Source: an uncultured delta proteobacterium (GTDB taxonomy: Bacteria; Desulfobacterota; Desulfobacteria; Desulfobacterales; JAHEIW01). Taken from it: 64,000 nt of DNA. The position numbers were made by a program, and so were the translations under genes. The notes beneath the pieces are model-generated. The model was not told the origin of the DNA, made no database searches, and worked only from the letters and a program-made list of their open reading frames with translations. The stretch lies in contig CAVPNL010000006.1 of NCBI GenBank assembly GCA_963706575.1, positions 192,001 through 256,000 of the forward strand, written 5' to 3'. Positions 1 to 9,451 of the stretch are shown one piece after another (the first letter of the stretch is position 1; each line of letters starts with the position of its first letter).

Positions 1-1877
1 GCGAGGCCCAGGCGCGCACCACCGAAGATGCACCGTTGACATCGTTCCAGCCGCCGCCGTTGAGGTTGTATTCCAGCTGGAAGGTCTTGTCGTTATCACT
101 GACGCCGGCGGTTTCCTGCACCACAAAACGCACCCGGAAATTTTCATCCACCTTCTGGGTCCAGTTGTTGTCGGCGGCGGCCTTCCAGGTGGCGGTGGTC
201 TCGCTGCCGTTGTCGTTGCGGGCCCGAAACGCGTCCTGGTCATAAGCCGGCGGGGTGGCCAGTGCCACGGTGATTGTGGGGGTCTGGGTGTAGCTGTCCA
301 TGTTTTTGACCCGCAGCAGAATGGTGTCGTCCGCAGACACATCCGCGCTGCGGATTTGCAGGCAGTACTCCAGCTCGACCTCGTCGCTGCCGCTAAAGTC
401 CAGGTTGGTGCTGCCGGCCAGCCCGTCAGCCTCGTCAAAAGCATCATTGTTGGCCCCCACCGGGGTTCCCGAGCCGATCTGCTGGGTGGTGTCGGCCCCG
501 TCGGCCACATTGGGCGAAGCCGTAGCGCGCACCACCGATGAAGACCCGTTGACATCGTTCCAGCCGCCGCCGTTGAGATTGTATTCCAGCTGAAAGGTTT
601 TGTCAGCCGCTGCGCCGTCACCGGTTTCATGCACCACAAAGCGCACGCGGAAATTGGCGTCCACGACCTGGGTCCAGTCGACATCGGTGTCCGCTGACCA
701 GGTGGCGGTGGTCTCGTTGCCGTCGTCGTTGCGGGCGCGGAAACTGTCCTGATCAAATTCCGGAATGCCGTTGACGGTGGCGGTCGGCGTGTTCGAATAG
801 GCATCCAGGCTCTTGACGCGCAGCTGGATGGTGTCATCATTGGCAACATCCACGCTGCGGATCTGGACACAGTACTCGAGCTCGACCTCGTCGCTGCCGC
901 TAAAATCCAAAGAGGCTCCTCCGGCCTGACCGTTGACCTCGTCAAAACCGGCATTGGGGGTCACAAACGTGCCGGAGCCGACTTGCTGGGTGGTGTTTGC
1001 TGCGTCGGCCACATTGGGCGAAGCCCAGGCGCGCACCACCGACGAAGCGGCGTTGACATCGTTCCAGCCGCCGCCGTTGCGGTTGTATTCCAGCTGGAAA
1101 CTCTTGTCGGTCAGCACTGATACCGGCGGTTTCCTGGACCACAAAGCGCACCCGGAAATTTTCATCGACCTTCTGAGTCCAGTTGCTGTCGGCAACGGCC
1201 TTCCAGGTCGCGGCGGTTTCGTCGCCGTCGTCGTTGCGGCCCCGGAAAGATGCCTGGCTAAATGAGGCCACAGAATAGTAAACGGTGACCTGAATCAAAT
1301 CGACCCTGACATCATTAAGACCGCCGGTGCGGTAAATTCTCAACCGAAAATTGGCATCCGAAAAGCCTGCCGCCCCCCAGGTCCAGCCCCAGTCATCGCT
1401 GGACCCGCCCAAATTGTCGGTGGCATCCGTGGTGCCGACAAAAGTGTCGGCTCTGAGCGCGCTCCAGCCGGAGCCGCCGTTTCCGGAAAGGTCAACGGCA
1501 TAGTTGACGGTCTTGTTTTTGCTGCAACTGCCTTCAACATCCACCTGGATACCATTGATCTGGGCGCCGGTCGGCACACCGAAGCCGAACGTCGAGACCA
1601 CCCCGTAATCATTGGTGGTCCCATTGGTTGCTCTCACGTCGTTGCTGGAGTTTAAGTTGGCCACCGTGAAACCGACCCAATTAGAGCCGCTGGAGACCAG
1701 GCCGGTCGCGGTTTTGGCGCCGGTGTCGGCCGCCAGGACCGGTTGAGCAAAAGTCAGCGCAATGCAAACCGGCAGCAGGCAACGCACAATCCACCCCAAA
1801 TAGGCCCACGACCCGAGCGGCCGGGCGCCGGTTTGTCTTCTGGGTGGTGCTGCGTTATGTTTGAAGGTAGATTGCAT
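1..1877 (-). CDS. Large secreted/surface protein with tandem ~170-aa repeats (partial, runs off window start; one frameshift near 1110)
   Basis: Signal-peptide-like N-terminus (LLPVCIALTFAQPVLA). The DNA word gacatcgttccagccgccgccgtt recurs at about 38, 551 and 1055. The repeat translates as FRxRNDDGxETxATW...NFRVRFVV...FQLEYNxNGGGWNDVN...DEVELEYC. Confidence 0.8.
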
Positions 1878-2001
1878 GCTTTGCCTGCGAAGCTCCTTAA
1901 ATCTTCATTATCCTGACGCCGTAAATTGTTTTTTTATCGTTTAAGCCATACGGCTTTTAGCCATATCGAGCTGTCAGAATCCAAGGGTCTGAATTGTAGT
2001 T

Positions 2002-2018
2002 TGCAGGCATCGTGCCAA
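2002..2018 (-). promoter_or_regulatory. Sigma54 (-24/-12) promoter for the repetitive surface protein
   Basis: TTGGCACGATGCCTGCA on the minus strand matches TGGCACG-N4-YTGC. Confidence 0.75.
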
Positions 2019-2286
2019 ACGGGGAAATTTTTTTATTTAATAATTACAGAATAGTTATTTAAGATATTAGCTAAGGCTTGACGTTAAGGCGGGCAAATTT
2101 GTGGATTTTGACCCAAAAGATTGTGGGAAATAACGCAAAATTGGCAGTTTTTTCCATATAAATTCAATTTGTTGGATAGATTTAAGGGTTTACGGCTACA
2201 GGGTCTAAGGCGCACGGGAAAAAAGATTGAAAATATTAAAGAGAACGGTGAAAAGGGGAATGGAGGGCGTATGAATTGATATTGTT

Positions 2287-3177
2287 TTAAGCGGTGCCAA
2301 ATATTTCGTTCGTCGATTTGACCCACGGATTCGTTTACCTCGAGCATGATGCGGCTTAACGCATCCTCATCCAGAGACCAACAATTCCATAACCATATCG
2401 ACTATCGAATCGGGCAGGCTGCCGGTGCCGTTACCATTGCCGTTCATTCGGGTTAAGTTGTCCGCGGCATAAAGGATACATGCGAGTGCGTCGTCGTGGT
2501 CCGGATTTATATGATGATGGTGCCTGATGGCGCTGGTAACTGCTCTGGGGAATTTCCAGCGCTTGCACAATTCAGCTGCGACCTCGGTATGGTCGAATCC
2601 TAAAATCTGTTTTTCGGCCTTGAAATGGGGGTCCGGGCTGTCTCCCAGAAAGTCTTTAAATGCATCATTTCTGCTGAAGATATGCTCGTCAAGAATCAAT
2701 TTGCCCACATCGTGAAAAAGCCCGGCTAAAAAGGCTTCATTGGCCAGAGACGGGCGGATTGCATCTGCGATTTTTCTGGAACCCAGGGCGGTTGACAGTG
2801 AATGCTGCCACAGTTCCCTTGGGTTCATGCTGTAGGCTTCCAGCGCTTTGCCGAAAAGCGTGGACGTACCGGCCGCCATGATAATTTCGGCGATGACGAT
2901 CAAGCCCGAGCATGAGGCTGGCTTGCCTTACGGAACAAACCTTGTTTTTGAGGCTATAATATGCCGAGTTGGCCACATTAAGGATGTTTCGCGTGATTTC
3001 CTGATCGGTTTCAATAATGTCGGAAAGTTCATCGAAACCCGAATTTGGATCTATTAACAGACGTTGCGCTTTCAACACCACCTGAGGCATGGGAAGCAAT
3101 CCGTCCAATTCTTTACAAAGCTTCTTTTTTAACGTGTTGCCATAAAGATGTTGTTTGGGCGTTGTTAGGGTTTGCAT
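2287..3177 (-). CDS. HDOD-domain protein (several frameshifts)
   Basis: ORFs 2737..3177, 2367..2903 and 2084..2347 join into one HDOD protein: LPMPQVV...ILNVANSAYY, LWQHSL, AGLFHDVGKL, GFDHTEV...W.FP...IRHHH. Confidence 0.85.
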
Positions 3178-3236
3178 TTTCCATCACCTTGACCTGATAA
3201 AAGGCGATCTTTGTATTTATCGCTATATAAGGAAAG

Positions 3237-3253
3237 TGCAGGGTTCATGCCAA
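3237..3253 (-). promoter_or_regulatory. Sigma54 promoter for the HDOD gene
   Basis: TTGGCATGAACCCTGCA on the minus strand, about 60 nt upstream of the ATG. Confidence 0.7.
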
Positions 3254-3505
3254 AAACGGATTTAAAAAAAATATACAGCAATATCAGCATGTTGTGTTGA
3301 GGCATGAATAATTGCTGGTTTGTCCGGCAAATCCTTATTTGAGGCATTTAACTCAATATTGTGTGGGAAAACACGCAATCCTATGGGCTGAAGCCCATCA
3401 TATTACGGATTTCAGATTTCGGATTGGGGATTTAACGGACGAGGAAGTGCGGTATGGAAAGCAAAAGAGAAAAGTATCTCTGCGCTCTCTGCGGTGAAAA
3501 AAATC

Positions 3506-4900
3506 TTAGGAGGCGCTTTCGAATTTCTGGCGGCGGTAGCGGAATTTGTCGCGGGTCAGGTTGAGCAACAGGGCGGCTTTGCTCTCGTTGCCGTTGGCCA
3601 GTTTGAGGGCCTCTTCAAAATAGGCTTTTTCAATGCCTTCGATGACGGCGGTAAGGTCGATTCCTGAAGCCGAAACCGGGGGAAGGTTGTGGCCATTGTC
3701 CGGCGGATTGGCGCCTCCGCCCCCATTGGAATCTTCTAAGCCTAAATCCTCCAGCATCAGTTCCGGCCCATCGGAAAGCAAAACCCCGCGCTCGATCAGG
3801 TTTTTGAGCTCGCGTACATTGCCGGGCCAGTCATATTCCTGTAAGGCTGCTTCTGCTTGCGGGGATATACTGCTGAACGATTTTTCAAATTTTTGACTGC
3901 ATTGCACCAGAAAATGTTTGGCCATGGGGATGATATCATCCCGTCGCCGGTTCAGGGACGGAACTTCCAGCTTGACTACCGCAAAGCGGTGATAAAGATC
4001 ATTTCTGAATTTACCCGCTTCCACCAACTCAGATAGGTCGCGGTTGGTGGCAGAGACGATTCTCGTTTTTACCGTCCGTTTTTGGGTCCCGCCGACCCGG
4101 TAGTACTCACCTTCGTCCAAAAACCGCAGCAATTTAACCTGGGCTTCGGCGCTGAGGTCGGCGACTTCATCCAGAAACAGGGTGCCGTCGGCCGCCTTTT
4201 CCACCAGCCCTTGTTTGCCAGAGCGTTCGGCCCCGGTAAATGCGCCTTTCTCATAGCCGAAGAGCTCGCTTTCAATCAGCTCCTGGGGCATGGCGGCACA
4301 ATTGACCGCCACCATGGGTCCTTTAAAATTGGGGCTTTTGTAATGAATGGCCTTGGCAATCAGCTCTTTTCCGGTTCCGGTTTCGCCCAAAATTAAAATG
4401 GGCGTGTCCGGGCTCTGGGCGGCTTTGTCCACCAGCTCCATGACATCCTGAATCGCGTTGCTTTCGCCGATAAAGCAGGGCAAATTTTCCTTGAGGTATT
4501 TTTCATGCAGGGTCTGAATCTCCTTGCGCATGGCAATCGTTTCAAAGGCATTGCGCAAAATGACCAGCAGCGCGTCCATCTGGACCGGTTTGACCACATA
4601 TTCATAAGCACCGTTTTTCATGGCAGACACCACCGTGTGAACATCTTCATAGGCGGTAATCATGACAACGATCACTTCAGGGTGGCGCTCTTTGATAATC
4701 TCAAGCGCTTCGACACCGCTCATGCCCGGCAGCCCGATGTCCAGCAGCACCAGGTCCGGCGCACTTTCATCAATGGCTTTAAGGGCGGACTCGGCCGTAT
4801 CAAAGGCTGCCACCTCATAATTCTTTTTTTTCAAAGCCAGCTTGAGGCCATTCCGGGCCACGGCCTCATCATCGACGATATAGATTGAGTAAGATGTCAT
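3506..4900 (-). CDS. NtrC-family sigma54-dependent response regulator (REC-AAA+-HTH)
   Basis: Receiver domain, GETGTGKE Walker A, ESELFGYEKGAFTGA, WPGNVREL, C-terminal Fis-type HTH. Confidence 0.96.
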   Translation of the reverse strand: MTSYSIYIVDDEAVARNGLKLALKKKNYEVAAFDTAESALKAIDESAPDLVLLDIGLPGMSGVEALEIIKERHPEVIVVMITAYEDVHTVVSAMKNGAYEYVVKPVQMDALLVILRNAFETIAMRKEIQTLHEKYLKENLPCFIGESNAIQDVMELVDKAAQSPDTPILILGETGTGKELIAKAIHYKSPNFKGPMVAVNCAAMPQELIESELFGYEKGAFTGAERSGKQGLVEKAADGTLFLDEVADLSAEAQVKLLRFLDEGEYYRVGGTQKRTVKTRIVSATNRDLSELVEAGKFRNDLYHRFAVVKLEVPSLNRRRDDIIPMAKHFLVQCSQKFEKSFSSISPQAEAALQEYDWPGNVRELKNLIERGVLLSDGPELMLEDLGLEDSNGGGGANPPDNGHNLPPVSASGIDLTAVIEGIEKAYFEEALKLANGNESKAALLLNLTRDKFRYRRQKFESAS

Positions 4901-7167
4901 CGGGCATCGATCCTTCTTTCAATGGGGAGTTCAATCTTAAATTTGGCCCCGCCCCACCGGCTGGTGCCCAGTGAGATGGAGCCGTTGTGATCCGCAATGA
5001 TTCGCTGGGCGATGTTCAACCCGATACCGGAACCATCGTCTTTGGTGGTAAAAAAGGGATCAAATATTTTTTCCCTGAGCTCGGCGGGCACGCCGGGCCC
5101 GGCATCGGCAACCTGAATACAGAGGGTGTTATCTTCGGCGGAAGATTTTATTTCCACCCGTTTGTTGCCGTTGGTCGATTTTTCCATGGCCCTGGCGGCG
5201 TTGGTGATCAGGTTCAGGACCACCTGCTCGATCAGGTGGGGGTCGGCATAGCATTGCGGCAAATTGGGGGCCAGGGATTTCTCGAATTTAATTCCGTTTT
5301 TGCGCATGGTGACCGACGAAAGCTCGATGGCTTCTTCCAGGGATTTGTTAATATTGGTGCGCACCATTTTGGGTGCGCCGGGTTTGGAAAAATCCATGAC
5401 CCGCTTGATGACCGATTCAATTTTGTTGGAGGCCACCTGGATCTGGGTCAAAATCTGGCGGATGACTTCCACGTCTTGCGGGCCCAGCCGGTCGGATTCG
5501 CAGAGATCTTCAATCGTATACAGATAGGTATTGATACCGGTCAGCGGGTTGCGAATTTCATGGGCTATTCCGGCGGCCACGCGCCCCAGGGAAAGCATTT
5601 TATTTTTGATCAGCAGCTGGTGCTCAAGCTGCTTGGCTTCGGTAATATCAACGGCATTTAACAGAAAGGCCTGCCGCCCCTGATACAGGAAGCGGGTGAC
5701 GCGGCACTGGAACCACCGCATTTCGCTTTTGCCGCCGCTGCTGTCCGGGGGGTAAAAACGAAAGTCGGTTTCAACGGTACCCTGCTTGCCGTGATTGATG
5801 CATTCAAGAGCCTGTTCGACTTTCTCGATGTCGTCGGGGTGGACGTAGTCCATAAATTTCAGCAGGTTGGACTCCGTGGCAAGGCTATATATTTTTTTCT
5901 GCTCCGGATTTTCATAAACTACCCGGCCTTTCTGGATAATGGAAAGGCCCACCGGCGAATTTTCTATCAGATCGCGAAACTGCTGCTCGCTTTTGCGCAG
6001 GGCGTCTTCGGTCTGCTTCCTATCGCTGATGTCCGTCCAGGAGCCGACGACTTCAACGGATTTCGCACCATCGTCAAAGAGCAGCCGCAGTTCGTCCCGC
6101 ATCCAGCGATAGCTGCCGTTTTTATGCCGGAAACGGTACTCGAGAACATGGCTGCCCTGATCCACCAGTTTGGCAAACTCTGCTTTAACATATCCCACGT
6201 CATCGGGATGGATGTGATCGATCCAAAAATGACGGTCTTCCCTAAAATTACCGGGATCATAACCGAGCTCGTTTTTGACATTATCGCTGATGAAGGTGGT
6301 GGCGCAGTCACCGGCCGGATTACAGGAGTAGATGACCGCCGGGCTCGAGGTCAGCACATGTTGCAGTCGCTGCTTGGTCTGTTTCAATTCTTCTTCAGCC
6401 TGATGGCGGATGGTAATATCGCGGATGGTGCCGATCATTTTTTTGCGCCCGTCTGATATAAAATTTCCGGCACCAATCTCCGCCGGAAAAGTGGATCCAT
6501 CTTTCTTTTTGAGATGTCGTAATGGGATGGTATCATTGGAAAATGATCCTGAACTCAGACGTTTTATATTTTGCTGGCTTTTCTGTATTTCAGCAGAAAG
6601 ATCTAAAACAATGAGGCTTAAAAATTCTTTTTTTGAATAACCAAAAAGATGCAAGGCGGATTGATTGACATCTTCAATTTGCAAGCTTTCGGCGTCACAC
6701 ACTACCACCGCATCCGATTCACTATCAAATAATTGCCGATAGCGCGCTTCGCTCTCCCGCAGCTTTGCTTCTGCCTGTTTATTCTGGTGCTCCAGTCGTA
6801 TGCGATCCAGAGCATTGTCGATGGTATTGAGCAATTCGGTGGATTCAAAGGGTTTTCTGAGGTAATCATAAGCGCCTTTGCGCAGGGCTTTAAGCGCTGA
6901 TTCCACGCTTATCTCTCCGGTCATGACAATGACCAGAGTTGCCGGATATTCCTGACGGATGAGATCCATAACCTGATAGCCGTCGATGTCCGGCAGCCCG
7001 ATATCCTGCAGAACCAGATCCACCCGGTTTGATTCCAGGCATTGAATTGCCTGTTGACCGCCACTGGCGGTTATGAGCCTCAGATCCTTACGGCGCAACA
7101 GCCGCTTCAGATAGCTGGTAAATCCGGGATCGTCCTCTACGACCAGAATCGTATGCTGAGCAGACAT
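4897..7167 (-). CDS. Hybrid sensor histidine kinase (REC-PAS-PAS-PAS-HisKA-HATPase)
   Basis: N-terminal receiver, PAS/PAC motifs (IHPDD, VHPDD), AHEIRNPL, DPFFTTK..GSGIGL. Overlaps the regulator by 4 nt. Confidence 0.95.
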   Translation of the reverse strand: MSAQHTILVVEDDPGFTSYLKRLLRRKDLRLITASGGQQAIQCLESNRVDLVLQDIGLPDIDGYQVMDLIRQEYPATLVIVMTGEISVESALKALRKGAYDYLRKPFESTELLNTIDNALDRIRLEHQNKQAEAKLRESEARYRQLFDSESDAVVVCDAESLQIEDVNQSALHLFGYSKKEFLSLIVLDLSAEIQKSQQNIKRLSSGSFSNDTIPLRHLKKKDGSTFPAEIGAGNFISDGRKKMIGTIRDITIRHQAEEELKQTKQRLQHVLTSSPAVIYSCNPAGDCATTFISDNVKNELGYDPGNFREDRHFWIDHIHPDDVGYVKAEFAKLVDQGSHVLEYRFRHKNGSYRWMRDELRLLFDDGAKSVEVVGSWTDISDRKQTEDALRKSEQQFRDLIENSPVGLSIIQKGRVVYENPEQKKIYSLATESNLLKFMDYVHPDDIEKVEQALECINHGKQGTVETDFRFYPPDSSGGKSEMRWFQCRVTRFLYQGRQAFLLNAVDITEAKQLEHQLLIKNKMLSLGRVAAGIAHEIRNPLTGINTYLYTIEDLCESDRLGPQDVEVIRQILTQIQVASNKIESVIKRVMDFSKPGAPKMVRTNINKSLEEAIELSSVTMRKNGIKFEKSLAPNLPQCYADPHLIEQVVLNLITNAARAMEKSTNGNKRVEIKSSAEDNTLCIQVADAGPGVPAELREKIFDPFFTTKDDGSGIGLNIAQRIIADHNGSISLGTSRWGGAKFKIELPIERRIDAR

Positions 7168-7287
7168 GAATTATTCCTGTACTTAAGATGAGCTACGAAT
7201 TTTCGTCTGTTTGGGTGGCTCAAAGGCCGGATTGCGCTGCGGCAGCAAGCCGGCAACCCTTTCGGCAGTTTTGCCGGAAAATATATT

Positions 7288-7304
7288 AGCAGGATTCATG
7301 CCAA
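7288..7304 (-). promoter_or_regulatory. Sigma54 promoter for the kinase-regulator operon
   Basis: TTGGCATGAATCCTGCT on the minus strand. Confidence 0.7.
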
Positions 7305-7492
7305 CTGAGAATCTGAGAATTTATCCAAGATAACAAACAGTTGAGTGGAAACCCGCTTAAGGCTGTAAGGCGTTGAATAGGCAAATTCTTCCTGAATCAT
7401 CAATCAAAATCGCCAAAAAAATGAAATTTTAGCTGAAAAAAGCTGACTTGCATGCGTATGAAAATGGGGTGACTTGAATTTGCCATTTATTC

Positions 7493-7521
7493 TTGACAGA
7501 AATCAGCAAGTTGTTTATACG
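7493..7521 (+). promoter_or_regulatory. Putative sigma70 promoter of dsrTMKJOP
   Basis: TTGACA-17 nt-TATACG upstream of dsrT. Confidence 0.45.
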
Positions 7522-7567
7522 TATCCACTTCGGCCTAATCTTCAATAATTTGAGCAGATTTGCTGAC

Positions 7568-7715
7568 TAGAAATGGTTTCAAAACCTCAGATCAGGTTCA
7601 AGGGCAAGGCGTCAGGCCGTACGGGAAAGCGCAGCATACATGGGTATGTGAGCATTTACCGGAGGCCTGCAACGCAGCCATTGGGCCTTAGATGGGGTTT
7701 TTGAAACCATTTCTA
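7568..7715. mobile_element. MITE-like element, family A copy 1
   Basis: Terminal inverted repeats TAGAAATGGTTTCAAAA / TTTTGAAACCATTTCTA. A closely similar inverted copy lies at 23588..23727. Confidence 0.85.
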
Positions 7716-7737
7716 TGCCAGGCCCCCGGGAGCATTT

Positions 7738-8286
7738 ATGGGACACCGTTTGAAGGGACTTATCGAAGAGAACAAAAGCGAAATCATCAAAAACTGGTTT
7801 GAAGCCACCATTCAAACCTATGCGTCCGACACGGCTCAATTTTACAAAGGCCAGAAAGATCAATTCGCCAATCCGGTCGGCAACATCACCGCCAAAGGGG
7901 TCGAATTTTTGCTGGACCAGCTTCTCAACGATTTCGAACCGGATGCCGTCAAAACCTATTTGGACCCCATCATCCGCATCCGTGCCGTACAGGATTTTAC
8001 CCCCTCCCAGGCCACTGCCTTTATTCTCCTGTTAAAAAAGGTCCTCAGGGACCGTTTTTCGAAAAAACTCCAGGATGCCGCCATGGTAACGGAATTATTG
8101 GCGTTTGAATCCAAAATTGATCAATTGTGCCTGATGGCCTTTGATATTTATATGGCCTGTAAAGAAAAAGTTTATCAGATTTCAGCCAACGATATGCGCA
8201 GCCAAGCCTTGAAGGCGTTTAAGCGGGCGGGCTTAATTGCAGATGAGTCGCCGCAGCCAGGTAAAGTTAAAGGCCTTAACCATTAA
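7738..8286 (+). CDS. dsrT: DsrT (RsbRD N-terminal domain protein)
   Basis: W....TY...DQFANPVG...IIRIRAVQDFTPSQA signature, directly upstream of dsrM. Confidence 0.9.
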   Translation: MGHRLKGLIEENKSEIIKNWFEATIQTYASDTAQFYKGQKDQFANPVGNITAKGVEFLLDQLLNDFEPDAVKTYLDPIIRIRAVQDFTPSQATAFILLLKKVLRDRFSKKLQDAAMVTELLAFESKIDQLCLMAFDIYMACKEKVYQISANDMRSQALKAFKRAGLIADESPQPGKVKGLNH

Positions 8287-8356
8287 TTTTTAGGACAGGG
8301 GTTTCCGCCAGACGGGAAAGTCGGTTGTGCGGAGCCTCAGAGTGAGGTGCTTTTCA

Positions 8357-9448
8357 ATGAATCTCAGGTACATCATTCCACTGATTGCCGTAATTGTTCT
8401 ATTTTTACTTTCTTTCCTGGGGGCACAGGTATCGGGACTCCAATATGTGTTCGGCGTCGTCATTCCCTATCTGGCGATTATTACCTTTGTGCTGGGATTT
8501 GCTGCCCGCATAATCGGCTGGTCGCGATCAACGGTGCCTTTCAGCATCCCCACCACCGGTGGTCAGCAGAAGACACTGCCCTGGATCAAGCACGCCCAAT
8601 TTGATTCTCCGGTTTCCAAATGGCAGATTGTGGTGCGGTTGGCGCTGGAAATCCTGACCTTTCGATCGCTGTTTCGCAATACCCGCATGAAATTAAAAGA
8701 AGGCGGACGGATCTCCTACCAGCTTGAGCTTTTTTTGTGGGTCGGGGCCCTGGCCTTTCACTATGCTTTTCTGGTGGTACTGATCCGCCATCTGCGGCTT
8801 TTCATCGAGCCGGTGCCGTTTTGGGTTCAGCTGATCGAAAATGTCGACAGTTTCTTCCGGATCGAGATTATTTATCCGGCCTTTAAATTCGGGCTGCCGG
8901 GTGTTTTTATGTCCGGCATTGTGCTGCTGGCCGCTGTCAGCTTTCTGTTTTTAAGGCGGCTTTTCGTGCCTCAGGTCAAATATATTTCGATCGCATCCGA
9001 CTATTTCCCGCTGTTTCTGATTTTTGGAATCGCTTTCAGCGGCATTTTCATGCGTTATGTGACCAAGGTGGATGTGACCGCCATTAAATCGCTGACCATG
9101 GGCCTGATCACCTTCCGGCCCACCATTCCGGACGGGGTCAGCGCCGTATTTTTCGTGCACATCTTTTTTGTCAGCATCCTGCTGGCCTATTTTCCGTTCA
9201 GCAAACTCATGCATTTAGGCGGTGTTTTCTTGAGCCCGACGCGCAACATGCCCACCGACACCCGTGCCCGCAGGCACATTAATCCCTGGAATTATCCGGT
9301 ACCGGTTCATACCTATGATGAGTATGAAGATGAGTTCCGTGAAAAAATGGTCGAAGTCGGGCTGCCGGTTGAAAAAATGCCGGAATCCGCTACCGCAGAA
9401 GAGCCGGCCTCAGATTCAGAGCCAGAGCAAGAAGAGGAAAAGGAGTAA
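8357..9448 (+). CDS. dsrM: DsrM, membrane b-type cytochrome
   Basis: PFSIPTTGGQQK, FRSLFRNT, RHLRLF, YFPFSKLMH...SPTRN motifs. ATG at 8357 after GAGG. Confidence 0.95.
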   Translation: MNLRYIIPLIAVIVLFLLSFLGAQVSGLQYVFGVVIPYLAIITFVLGFAARIIGWSRSTVPFSIPTTGGQQKTLPWIKHAQFDSPVSKWQIVVRLALEILTFRSLFRNTRMKLKEGGRISYQLELFLWVGALAFHYAFLVVLIRHLRLFIEPVPFWVQLIENVDSFFRIEIIYPAFKFGLPGVFMSGIVLLAAVSFLFLRRLFVPQVKYISIASDYFPLFLIFGIAFSGIFMRYVTKVDVTAIKSLTMGLITFRPTIPDGVSAVFFVHIFFVSILLAYFPFSKLMHLGGVFLSPTRNMPTDTRARRHINPWNYPVPVHTYDEYEDEFREKMVEVGLPVEKMPESATAEEPASDSEPEQEEEKE

Positions 9449-9451
9449 ACT

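Noticed and set aside
1..1270. Repeats in the surface protein as a diversity-generating retroelement TR/VR pair
   Set aside because: Differences are not adenine-specific, all units are in-frame coding domains, and no reverse transcriptase is present.
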